64,000 nucleotides of DNA from Hemiscyllium ocellatum (Eukaryota), in assembly GCF_020745735.1 (NCBI RefSeq), contig NC_083401.1, positions 144,085,740-144,149,739 of the forward strand, given 5' to 3'. Of the stretch, positions 49,030-60,664 are shown piece by piece; the first letter of the stretch is position 1, and each line of letters begins with the position of its first letter. Below the pieces are notes generated by a model. The model saw only the letters and a list, made by a program, of their open reading frames with translations. It was not told where the DNA came from and searched no databases. Position numbers and translations under genes: made by a program.

Positions 49030-49315
49030 ACAACAAATGAGTTGCATTTATATGGTGCCTTTAACATAGTAAATCATTATGCAGCATTTCACAGGAACAC
49101 GAGCATACAAACATTGATTCTCAAGCCACATCAGCAGCTAATAGAATAAGCCAGTGGGGCAGATTCTAAGGAGTGCCTTAGAGGTAGTGAGGTTTAGGGA
49201 GGGAATTCCACAGCTGAGGACCCGGGCAGCTGAAGACACAGCTGTCGCTGCTGAAACGATTAAAGTTCAGAATCGTAAGAATTAGACGAACATGCAGTTT
49301 TGTGGAGAGCTATAG
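49030..49315 (-). mobile_element. L2-like LINE 3' fragment
   Basis: TTGCATTTATATGGTGCCTTTAAC..GGTTTAGGGAGGGAATTCCA..GGCAGCTGAAG. Confidence 0.7.
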
Positions 49316-49768
49316 GAACAAAATATCCTGAACCAGAAGAAGAAAGCAGCATTAAATTATTCTGGATGGGAAACCTTAATATCCACTTGGTTCCTTAACA
49401 TGCTTTAAAGAGATCAAAAGCTATAAATCTGTTCATACGTACAGAGCATTTGCGGTGTTGGTTACTCTGCTTTCCCCATTGATGTTAAAAGCTGCAGTAG
49501 TACAAAATGCTGAGACAGAAAAACAGGAAACAAAAACGAAAAAGAGCATATTGGGCTGCACCAGCATTTAATAATGTAGTGAATAGTCACTGCTGTAGAT
49601 CCTAAAGTTAGGTATTGAAATGTAATGATATCAGCCTCAAAATACATTAATTATGTCAATGTGTTAAACCAATTCTGCAAACACACTGTTTTAGACTGCA
49701 TTTCTCAAAAAAAGAAAATGACTATGAAGCAATTGCTGGATATTATGTTCATAGTATATGTCACTTCA

Positions 49769-51320
49769 TGGTGTCAGGAGCATTAAAAACTGTAATTGGA
49801 GTGTTTGCACAAAGATTACCATTGCCTGAACTGGTAAATCGCTTAACTGAAAAACCAGTGAAGATATGGGGGACATTTGGACAAAGATGCATGAGTTATA
49901 AGCTGGGTACTGCGGAGAATGGTGAAAGCTTAGGAATTGCCGCTTTTCCTTCTGATGAAAGGTGACAAAGTTCTTGTTGTGTTGAATATAATTTTATAAG
50001 ATTGGACAGCAATTAAACTAAAACAGAGGGAGCTATGAAGATGCTTGTGAATTATTGCCTGTCTAAGAGAAAAATGCTGTAAGAGAAATCTGTTTTGAAT
50101 TCACAAAATTAGCAGAGTGTGGAACTTATTAAACACTATGTTATGATGCCGAAGTAGCTTGTAAACACTTGGGACTTTGGAGTGCTTGAGGAGCTACTGA
50201 ATCTTGATTGAATTTTGTTTGGAGTTGGAAACAGTCAAATGAGAAAGCAAAATGACTACAAAAGAACTTTCTTAGCTTTTTCTGCAGAGAAAAACAGCCT
50301 GTGACTATGTAAACATTGAGAGAAATGGTAGGAGTTGGTAAAGTTGCTGCAAATGTCCAGCTCTGTAGTGATATACCACCCATCCAGCTTGATAAAAAGG
50401 AGCTAGCTACTTGGAAGGAAACTCAAAGAACAGGTTACACACAAACTGATAGACATTTTAAGCAAAAGGAACAGCAGCCAGCATTAAGAGAATAATTACA
50501 GTGTGAATTGTAAGGCAGAAACATAGTAAAAGGACAACTGCATCCTCTAAAAACCATTGAACGCAATGACATTTTTATGCAAAGACAAATGAAGCAGCTG
50601 AGAATGTGGAAGAGCCTGCTTCCAAGAAAAAATATTGTACATCCCACTAGTGGAAGGAGACGACGGTGTAGATGCAACCTTGTTCCTCTGAAAAACAGAA
50701 AAATTAAGCTAAAGTTTCATCAGGAAAATCTGATATATCTTATTGTCAAATGTCATCTGACCTGTTCCAGAGAAGCAGTTAGTACAATCTAGAGTTTGTA
50801 ACTGTAGTTGAAAGTAAATGCAGAATGAAAGTTCCTGGCAATGCTAGCAGCTGGCCTATGTGTATCATTATGTAAATACCATTAACTAGATCGCTGAGGA
50901 ACTGCTGGCTTGCAAGAATATTATGAATGTTTACAGCAATAGTGTTTAGAATTTGAGATCGATTTCAAGGAACACCTTGAAGTGTAAGACTAGCAGCAAA
51001 ATCTCTGTTCAAAATTCCTGCCATGCTGAAGGGGTCTCCAAATAAAGTCACTGGAATTAATTACCACAGAAGCACTCCACCTTTGAATGAACCCACATAT
51101 TCACTATTGAGCACAGGTGACAGTTGTGAATCGAAACAAGCTGAAAATCTACAATTGATCAGAAGGACTTAAAGGGAGCAATTAAGAAGTCTCACTATCA
51201 ACAGTCAAAATGATTGCCAGAAAGCTCAGCGAAGTCAAGATTATTTCTGTGCTGGATGCCAAGTATGTTTTCTGGCACGTTCAGTTGGCTACAGGATCAA
51301 TACTCCACGGAGATACTGCC
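49769..51320 (+). mobile_element. Decayed Gypsy-type internal region (PBS, gag, RT relic)
   Basis: PBS TGGTGTCAGGAG directly after ..CA. Gag-like W.TF.QR. RT IDQKDLKGAIKKSHY..KLSEVKIISVLDAKYVFWHVQL at about 51155-51290. Confidence 0.7.
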
Positions 51321-52084
51321 TAAGCACTGTATTAGTGACAGACAAAAAAAATGCATGAAATTCAAAAGGGGCATGCGAGTATTATGAGACAAAAAGCAAA
51401 AAGAATGATCCTCACTTAAAAGGGGGTGAGCTAAGAATAAATATTAGAAAAGCTCCAATTCTGCAGCTTAGAAAGGTTAGAGTCAAAACTACTTTCATTG
51501 ATGGAAAAAATGTTTCTAAAAATATAGATTGAGTGAATCCAAAATGTCGATTCAATATAATTTAGACAGTAAGGCAAAAACAAACATATTTACATTGAAA
51601 AATACATTTAAAACAGGTAAGATTATTCGGTAAGGTAATACGGTTGATGGCATTCAAAATGCAGTTGGTTAATGAGCTGAGGAATGGGATTGCTCGTAAA
51701 TAAAACAAATATCTTTGTTGTTCTCCTTAATTTTTCTGAACTCGTTTTCACCAAAAATCAGCCAAGTGCCAATTTCCAAGTTTCTTACTTTGACCTATTG
51801 CATATTATCTGATGCAATTCTCTGCTGCTCACTTTATTACGTCTGCACACTGCCTCAATGGTGCCCCATTCTCACACTTTCTTGTGATCCCCAATAGTAT
51901 TTCTGCCTCCGTGCCATGTGTAAGCTTCAGCTGTGCACCAGTGAAAAAGCTGCCAGCAATGACTAGCCCTTCAAAGTACTCGCACTGTTAGAACCTTCAC
52001 TGATCTTTCATCATTTTAAATTTTATTCTTTCACACAATTTTGCGTTATTAGCTGGAAATGACAGGAGGACTTTGGGACAGTCT

Positions 52085-52941
52085 ATGTTAAAAGAAAAAG
52101 AACAGACAGAATAAGCTTCGTTTGCTGCTCAGGCCTGGAGACTAATTGCATGCTTAGCTTGATTAAAAAGGTTCTAATCCAGATAGTGACCACTGGGAAG
52201 AGAATTGTGTTTAAACAGAAGTTGTCTATTAACGATGTCAGGATCTGGGAGTTGGTTCCAGCAAGTCCAGAAATGACCCTGTGTTCAAGCAGATGGCAGT
52301 TGTTGCATGGTAATTGAGGCTTTGGGATGAGTTGATTGGTCAATCAAGGTGGAATCAGAAATAAAGTTGTTTTGAAATCTGTTTTCTGGGAGATGATTCT
52401 GGGATGCTGCTAAGACATCACGAGGATTTGAAGTCACTGCCTAATTTGATACACCACCTTTCTGAAGTAGAAAGCTGTGTTAGATATTTTGCTACATTGG
52501 CATGGGTGAACCGGAGTGCCCCTGATCGTTGTTTCAGCAAAGCAGGTAATATTCATACCTGTGAAATGATGCATTGGGATGCATTTAAGTAATCTGGTCA
52601 GTTCTGTTGTTTTCTTTTATTTGGCCCTGAATTGTATTTATTTGTCCTTCTGTCTTTTATATGTAAATCGGGCCTGGAAACAAATCTTTCAGATTTAAAG
52701 CACAGATGTTAATCATGTAGTTTAATGTGCTCTCTGCTAATGTAATTCTCCATTTAATAAATTGTCCATTCTTCCAAATGGGTGTTTGGAAATCAATTAT
52801 TCGTAAAGACTGGGATTTGCTATTTAAAAGTCCAGTTCAGAATCATTGGAGTGACTATTTGAGGGTCTTTGTTGGTTTAATTTTACAGCACTGCAAATAT
52901 CAGAACTAGGTTTTGTTCGGCTGTCTGTCTCTATCATAACA
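52085..52941 (+). mobile_element. Possible solo LTR
   Basis: TGTTA...CATAACA termini and LTR-like composition. No TSD found. Confidence 0.3.
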
Positions 52942-53309
52942 GCAGTGTGAGTGAAACAAGAAAGCGAAGCTTCTGAGGGCATGTAGGTGATCTGAGTTGC
53001 ACATCATTGCTAATGGAATGTCACAATCATTATTGTGCTGCTACATTATGTCATCTACAGCTACAAGAACAAAGCTACACGAGATATCACACATAGCATC
53101 AGACCCTGTTAGAAGCCTATCAAGGGGAATGCTACTCTTTCCTTAACTCCCAATGTGGCAGAACATCTTATATTGTTCAACTTGGGAGCTTCACATTTTG
53201 GAAAACCTTCACAATGTTCAAAACATCAACTTTTGTCGAACAACACGAAAAATGAAGAAAAATCAAACAAATAAGAGGGGCATTTGCTTCTGGGATTAAA
53301 CAGGTTATG

Positions 53310-54110
53310 GAATATTTGCTTAAATGACTGCCACTGCTCATCTAAAGACATTCCCCTTAGTTTACTTTCCTGACCTGCTTTAAACAACTCTTCCTTCATA
53401 CCTCTGTTATTCCCTTTATTTAATGCACAGATACTGGTCTGAGATCCGAGTTCCTCACCCTCAAACTAAATTTGAAATTTTACCATGCTGTGATTGTTAC
53501 TGCTTAGATAATCCTTAACTATGAGATTTATTTTAATCCCACCACATTACAGATTGTTATGTCCAAAGTAGCTTATCCATGAGTTGGTTGTACAATGTCC
53601 TCCTCTAGGAAACAATCACTGACACTCCCTACAAATTTACCTTCCATATTTCCCTTGTCCATCTGATTTGGCAAGTCAATATGCAGATTAAAAACACCAA
53701 TAGTAATTGCAGTGTCCTTCTTATGTGCGTTTGAGCCAACTCTGCCATTCAATAAGACCACGACTGATTTCTTTGTGTTCCACATTCCACAATTCACATC
53801 TAATCCTGATAACCTTTGATTCCCCTGCCCATTAAGAAACCACCTACCCTTCCCTTAAATACATTCAATGACCTCGCTACCACTGATTTCTGAGGCGGTG
53901 AATTCTAAAGAGGCACAATGTGCTTAAAGGAAAAGTTTCCCCATCTCTGTCCTAAGAGAGCTACCCTTAATTCTAAAACACTGCCCCCCCATCTTCGATT
54001 CACCCACGAGAGAAAACATCTATTCCATATGCCTCCTTATTAAGAGCAAGAGTTTAAACAAGTCACCCATCACTCTTTCACACCACAATGGCCCAGTCTT
54101 TTCAAACTAT
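53310..54110 (-). mobile_element. Old CR1 fragments (APE region 53310-53720; 3' end 53730-54110)
   Basis: IGVFNLHID..DCFLEEDIVQPT, like GDFN..FLEQ.V..PT. The second part resembles the CR1 3' UTR. Confidence 0.75.
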
Positions 54111-54439
54111 TCTAAATGATTTAATTTTGGAAAGAGATGCTGAGAAAAAAAGTCTTTAGTTAGAAATACTTCCTCATAATGTACTGTTGGTCTTAGCTCC
54201 TTTCACTTCGATGAAAAAGCAGTTTCAGAATCAATCTCAGAACATTCCCTCTGACTGAGATTGCTTTCCCTGTAGAGATGAATATTGACCATTTGAGTGA
54301 CTGGATCTTTTCAGCGGTTTCGAAAAATCAGCCGACCCGCAAGGGGCCACTGCATGTACCAGTCAAGTCAGGCATTGTTGGCAGCTCACATGCTTATCAT
54401 GGCTGCTGGCACCGTTCTAACCCATGCCAACAGGCATAA

Positions 54440-54925
54440 CCCAATACCTTCCCACCTCAGGCCCAACCCAACACCATCGCCCCTCCCCCTCTCCAATGGC
54501 ACCTCCCTTCCCCCTGCCAGCAGACCACACTACCACCCCTCCCCATCCCCCCCAACCCTAGGCCTAAACCACCAGCCCCCTCAGTCTCTGCCATACCCAA
54601 TCTGATTACCCATCCCCTAGACTCCCAACACTCCCTCTCCCCTATTGCTGGGTCTGATACCCCATGACAACACCTGGCCTCCCTGATTCCCACCACCCAA
54701 TGCCCCTATCCCCCACCCAGCTGATCAAATTTAAACATTTCATCACTTACTTTGTCAATATGCACCCTGGCACCCTACCCACTACTCATTCAGTACCCTA
54801 CTTACCTGTCACCCTATCCCAACTCATCTGGTGTCTGACCACCTGGCACCTGAGCCCACTCAACACTCTATCCAGTTGGCACCCTGCCCACATGACATCA
54901 TAGAATCTCAGCACCCTGATATTCC
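54440..54925. repeat. C-rich low-complexity degenerate repeat
   Basis: Recurrent ACCCC / CACCCTA / GGCACCCT units. Confidence 0.6.
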
Positions 54926-55017
54926 ACTTCCCTAATGCACTTTTTGCTTGACGGTCACTATCAAAGTGGCTATCAGGATTTCACAATGAAGCAGGCAGCT
55001 GACTGTTGTTGAAAGGG

Positions 55018-55112
55018 ACAAAAGAACTAGAATCCAAAGTAGACAAGCAGAAGGCTAGAAGAACACAGCAAACCAGGCAGCATTAGGAGGTGGAGAAGCC
55101 TCTCGCTTGTCT
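55018..55112. mobile_element. About 95-bp PLE-terminus fold-back remnant
   Basis: AGTAGACAAGCAGAAGGCT pairs with AGCCTCTCGCTTGTCTACT. Flanks are ACTGTTGTTGAAAGGG and ACTGTTGTGAAAAGGG. Confidence 0.7.
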
Positions 55113-56174
55113 ACTGTTGTGAAAAGGGGGCATGGTGTATTCCTCCTTTGAAAGTCTGGTGCTACAAAAAACTGTTAGAATGAAAGTATGCCTCCATTTA
55201 TCTGAAGGAGCCCTGATCAGGATCCCCTGTCCAAAATGCAGAGTTCCCTTTTTTCATAAGAAGTGAATGGCAAACTGATGATTTGCCTGAGGTTGTCACT
55301 CCAGAGAACATCCAGTCCAATGCCTCATGCTGACTGCCTTAAGAGCACTACTGATTTGAAATGTTCACACTGTTTCTCCACCACAGCTGCTGCCTGAATT
55401 GTTGAGGTCTTCCAGCTTTATTGTCATGTTTGCGGGTTTCTGGACCATGCTGCACTTTGCTTCAGTAAATGTGCTTCTCAGCATCCACCATGGTAGCTAC
55501 CTTCCTCACACAATAAGGAAGACTTCTGGCTGTCAACCAGCAGAGCTGACAGAGTTTATATGTAAACTGAGCCCAGGCACAGTTGATACTTTAGCAGCTT
55601 GGCATCCCTCCTTGTTGCCCTACTTCAGGGATTCTTTTGACTGACAATGTGAGTCCGATCTAAAGTCTCTGAATTTTGGAGGAAGTGCATCACAGCAAAA
55701 CAGTACAGTAGTTCAGGCTGGAATGGAGAGAACTGAATAAAACAAGTTACAGTTGAGATCATGTGTTATCACAATAATGCACAGATATGATGGGATCCAG
55801 CGAAAATAATAGCAACAAACAGTGTCATCAGAAATTTATATAATCTAGGAGTGGACAGAATTGAGAAGTTGTGAACATGTTACTTGAAGCTGCTAAGTGT
55901 TGGGCAATATAGGAAGTAAGCAATTAACATGAAAATTAAAGACTCCATTACAACTATGAAAGGTGTACAGCCTTCACTAAAGTCATGAAAGTTGGCAAAA
56001 CCTTCTGAAAATGCAAACATGTGGGCCCACTCCATTAGATCAGCAAAGAATGGGAAAACTCACCAGAACAGCAGCAAAGTACAAGGGAAATACCACCTGA
56101 AAAGCAATCTTTAAAAAAGATCAATTGTCTTATTATATTAGAAGATCAACAAAAGTACATCAACAAGTCCAAAT

Positions 56175-56332
56175 ATGTACAGGTCAGGTGAATTGGCCAT
56201 GCTAAATTGCCCATAGCGTTAGGTGCATTAGTCAGAGGGAAATGGGTCTGGGTGGGTTACTCTTCAGAGGGTCGGTGCAGACTGATTGGGCCGAAGGGCC
56301 TGTTTCCACACTGTAGGGAATCTAATCTAATT
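56175..56332 (+). mobile_element. HE1 SINE 3' half
   Basis: GGTGAATTGGCCATGCTAAATTGCCC..GGGCCGAAGGGCCTGTTTCCACACTGTAGGG, then (AATCT)n. Confidence 0.9.
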
Positions 56333-56719
56333 AGTATTGCTAGGAAGGTTCAATTTCAGTGATGGGCTAATATAACCCAATTTGACATCCTGGAAAAAAA
56401 CAATTCTTGAAAAATGGATCAGTTTTAAATTCGATATTAAATCAGAAGCAGAATATGTAAATACATTTCTGCACACAGTTGGGTTTATGATAGATGACAT
56501 TATTGTTCATCGAAGGTAAAAGAAGAAGCAGGCATCTGCGAAGAGATACTGGAACCCTTTAACAATGAGTTAATCCTTAGAACTAATAAAATTCTTGAAA
56601 GAACAAGATTTAGCATAACGCTTAACTCTCAGTGGAATCAATAGATTACTTCATTAATAATAATAGATTATAGGAGAGATCTGAGTATATGTGTTCTTTA
56701 CTTGACTGGTTTGAAACCA

Positions 56720-57140
56720 TCTCTCTTCTTTCTAGCCTCCCTCTAACTCCCTTGCAGCCTTCTTCTCTCACCAATATTCATTGTAACCTCTCTCACTCTC
56801 TTTCTTCCTGATCCTTATAGCTTCTCTCTCTCTTTTCTATCCATGCTGCTCCTTTCTCTCTCTCTCTTCCCCATCCTTCAGCATCCCTCTCTCACAAATC
56901 ACCTTTATAGACACCCTCTATCTCTCAGTCCCCTTCTGTGCCATTTAATTTCACCCTTGTGCAGTCTTGACATCTCCCTCCAGTCATTTTTCAGCCTCCC
57001 TGCTTCCCCCACCTCCTTTACAGCCTCCTGATAGCCCCCTTCCTGTTGAAAACCTCATTTGCCACTATCTCTCGCACACCCTGTTGCCTTCCCTCTCTCT
57101 TGCAAACTTTCCTCTTGGTTCCATCTCTGAACTCATTCCT
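56720..57140. repeat. Polypyrimidine (CT-rich) tract
   Basis: Strong C/T strand bias. Confidence 0.7.
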
Positions 57141-57296
57141 GCCCCAATGGCCAGTTGACCACCTCAGCAATAAGACTGCTCCCGACGCTCTGTCCAGCAC
57201 TAGAAAAATGGCAGCTATTTCCCACTCAGAATCTGAGCTGCCAGGCTCTCATTTCCCCCAAACAATGTAAACATGGATTTACTTAATAAGAGCATA

Positions 57297-57502
57297 AGAG
57301 AAAGTGAGGACTGCAGATGCTGGAGATCAGAGTCAAGAGTGTGGTGCTGGAAAAGCACAGCAGGTCAGGCAACAGCCGAGAACAGGTGAATCGATGTTTT
57401 GGGCATTAGCCCTGATGAAGGGCTTATGCCTGAAACATCGATTCGCCTGCTGCTCGGATGCTGCGTGACCTGCTGTGTTTCCAGCACAACACTCTCGACT
57501 CT
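57297..57502. mobile_element. PLE fold-back (family A) with hammerhead motif
   Basis: AGAGTCAAGAGTGTGGTGCTGGAAA.. pairs with ..TTTCCAGCACAACACTCTCGACTCT. The left arm is about 32 nt longer. Confidence 0.88.
57412..57443 (+). ncRNA. Minimal hammerhead motif (family A; 5' strand of stem I lost at the junction)
   Basis: CTGATGA-AGGGC-TTAT-GCCT-GAAA-C-ATC-GATT. Confidence 0.65.
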
Positions 57503-57735
57503 ACATAATAACAGAAGAGCCCATGTATTGGGGAATGGGGGCAAGAGCAAGGCATTCAGCCCATTGAGTTTGTTTCTGCATTCTATGAGATCATGATTGA
57601 ATAAGACGTTGTTGGCTGATGTGACAAATGAGATATAATGGAATTCTTTCAGGCATAAGTTACAAACTAGATTTCACCTCAAACTAACCACGTACAGTTC
57701 ATAATAGTTGACGGCAATAGACAAATTATGGTCCA

Positions 57736-57865
57736 CATAGAGTCATACAGCACAGAAACAGACCCTTTGGTCCAACCAATCTTTGCTGGCCATAATCCCA
57801 TATTCCTGCTCCTAACACATATCCTTCCAAACCTTTCCTATTCATGTAGTTACCCAAATGTCTAT
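57736..57865 (-). mobile_element. Short CR1 3' end
   Basis: CATAGAGTCATACAGCACAGAAACAGACCCTTTGGTCC. Confidence 0.8.
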
Positions 57866-58038
57866 TTTGAAAAGTACATTATAGTCAAGAGCTGAATTTC
57901 ATATTTGTAAAAACTAAGCAATGGATTGCTGATCCAGGGAGAAAAGCTAGGAAAATGTTTATTTACATCAAGTGTAAGTGGTTCAAAGTAACAATCTGGT
58001 GGGATGTCACATACAAAACAATGAACATAATCCTACTA

Positions 58039-58215
58039 CTGTGGAACCTCAATTGTCCGAACAACACAGGCAGGGAGTATTTAGTTCAGATAATCAAATG
58101 TTTGGATAATCGAATGTTCAGATAATCGAATGTTCGGATAACACAGTTTAGTCAAGCATCGGGACCTTGTGATCTTGTTCAGATAATTGATATTCAGATA
58201 ATCGAGTTTCCTCTG
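58039..58215. mobile_element. pogo/Tigger-type MITE
   Basis: TA on both flanks (58037-58038 and 58216-58217). TIRs CTGTGGAACCTCAATTGTCCGAA / rc CAGAGGAAACTCGATTATCTGAA match 17/23. Internal GTTCAGATAATCGAAT repeats. Confidence 0.8.
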
Positions 58216-59187
58216 TACTATTGTCATTATTGTTCTGGTTTTGATAAAGCATTTTAAGTAGAAGGAATTTAAACTAATCTAAAAAAAAACAAGAGCATAA
58301 AAATTCAAAACAGTTGTATCAAACCAAGGTCCAATACTTTTCTATATTTTTCAGTGACTCACATCTCTATTGTTTCAAATGGTTTCTCACTGACCTTTAT
58401 CGTGATTTAATATACAGGCACTATCCCATGCTCAGCTAATAAATCTCAGTGCAGTGTGATAAGCCTACTAAATCTGCACCACATTTGGAGTTCAAAATGG
58501 CTGGGAAAGTGTCTAGTATATAATGAATTTTTAGATCTAATAGAACTGCTATGCATTTTGGAGTCTTCTGGCAGACTTGAAGGATGTCCAGTCTGTACCC
58601 TGTCTGGCACTGCGGCTAACCACAGCATACATTCTTTAGGCAGCATTTAGATTAACCACAAACCAGCAGCCTCTTTTGTGCAGATTGAAACAAATTTGCA
58701 TAATCCAATTGAAAACATAAAGCACAACTTTGAAGCTAATCTTTGTCTTTGAAAAAGCAAAATGTTGTAGCTTTTCAACAGATACATTTGATTAAACTAT
58801 AAATGACTTCTGAGAGCAACATCACAAATGTTCTCTTTATTTATTACTTTCTATATATATTTGGTTCATCAAATGCAATTCAGTATTAACGTACAGTCCT
58901 CTAAAGACAAAATTTCAAATGTAGCCATTTCTCAGTTATCAGCAAACTAAAGTAGGATGGTTTACTACTGGATAATTATATATATTTTAAAAATGCTATA
59001 TAATGAAGCACATGGCTTCAGGGTTTAGAAAGCTTTATTTGTCAAATCTGTATGGGCTAAAGACCTTGCTGAGATCCTGGATTATTAGTAACTTCCTAAA
59101 AGATCTTTCTGTACAGAAATAAATTAGAAGTAGAAAGCTCCAGTCAGTCAAATATTCAAATATTGTAGTATCCTCTAAATATAAAAA

Positions 59188-59968
59188 CACAAGAAATCGG
59201 AGCAGGAGTAGGCCATCTAGCCCATTGAGCCTGCTCCACCATTCTGTCAGATCACAGTTGATCCGTTTGTGGACTCAGCTGCACTTACCCACCCTCTCAC
59301 CATAACCTTTAATCCTTTTACTGTTCAAAAATCTATCTTTGTCTTAAGAACATTCAACGATGTAGCTTCAACTGCTTCACTGGGCAGGGAATTCCACAGA
59401 TTCACAATCCTTTAGGGAAAGAAATTCCTCCTCAAGTCAGACATTTGGGGGCACAGTGGCTCAGTGCAAGGGAACCCGGTTTAATTCCACCCTCAGGTGA
59501 CCATGTGTATGGAGGTTGCATGTTCTTGTTGTGTCTGTCTGGGTTTCCTCCTGGCACTCTGGTTTCCTTCCACAGTTCAAAGATGTGCAGGCTAGGTGGG
59601 TTAGCCATGGGAAATGCAGGGATATGGTAGAGGGAAGGAGTGGGTGGAATGCTCTTTGAAGGGTTAGTGTGGGCTGAATAGCCTGTTTCCACAGATTCTA
59701 TGAAATCTGCTTTCTCCTTATTTTCAGGCTATTACCTCTAGTTCTCATTTCACCTGCCAGTGGAAATAACCTCCCTGCTTCTATCCTATCTATTCTCTTT
59801 CTAATTTTACATGTTTCGTAAGATCCTCCTCATTCTTCTAAATTTCAATGTGTCTGCACCTCCTCTGGTACATACTTTCTCAAGTAAGGAGACCAAAACT
59901 GTACACAGTACTCCAGGTGTGGCCTCACCAGCACCCTATAGAGCTGCAGCTCCCTATTTTTAAACTCC
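59188..59968 (-). mobile_element. CR1 3' fragment interrupted by an HE1 SINE
   Basis: GGAGCAGGAGTAGGCCAT.. end. GGAGACCAAAACTGTACACAGTACTCCAGGTGTGG is the reverse of [12 protein letters not shown]. Confidence 0.85.
59447..59702 (+). mobile_element. HE1-type V-SINE
   Basis: GGCACAGTGGCTCAGTG head, V domain, GATTCTATG end. Confidence 0.85.
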
Positions 59969-60394
59969 AATGGGCATAGTGGATGTTGATAAATAATACA
60001 AGAAACTATGTGTCTCCCAAATTAATTAGGCCGAAGCATCCAAATCAGGAGCTATAAAAGAGTGGAATTAATTCAGTGTCAAGTCAGGTATAGCAAGAAA
60101 AAGGAACAGAGGGAAAGAAAAATTGGCTGAAAAGAGAAAACCAAAAGATAAGCAAATGCGAATATATTTTTCAAGATTTCTATCAATAATAAAAAAAACT
60201 CCATATTTGCAAAACTTGGTTTCAATGCCAGTGGGGTTGTTTGTTAATAGCTAATAATTACAATATTAATGAAAAATAACTTTTATGTGGGAACAGATAA
60301 CCTTAATATTTTCTGAGTTTAATCAGAATTTACATAGTGAATATGGGAACTTCAGGTGGTTTGTTTTATCTGAATGGTGAGTCATTTTTGATTC

Positions 60395-60505
60395 AGAATG
60401 TTAACTCTGTTTCTCTCTCTCCACAGATGCGACCAGACCTGCTGAGTTTCTCCTGTATTTTCTATCTTTATTTCAGATTTCCAACATCCACAGTATTTTA
60501 CTTTT
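60395..60505 (+). mobile_element. Single PLE terminus (family C)
   Basis: ATGTTAACTCTGTTTCTCTCTCCACAGATGCGACCAGACCTGCTGAGTTTCTCC. Confidence 0.75.
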
Positions 60506-60664
60506 AGTCAGAATGGCAATGCTCTAGGTGGAGTTTATGCAGAAGAACATTGCAAACGATCTGCAAGCTAATGAACTTCAAAGAATGTAGTCAACCAACT
60601 TTAATTCTTAAATGTAACAGCTACAGTATAGGTACTTAAGAATATTTTCAAAGTATATGTTGTT

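Noticed and set aside
58083-58140. CRISPR-like short repeats
   Set aside because: The units are tandem with no unique spacers, there are no cas genes, the context is vertebrate, and they lie inside a MITE.
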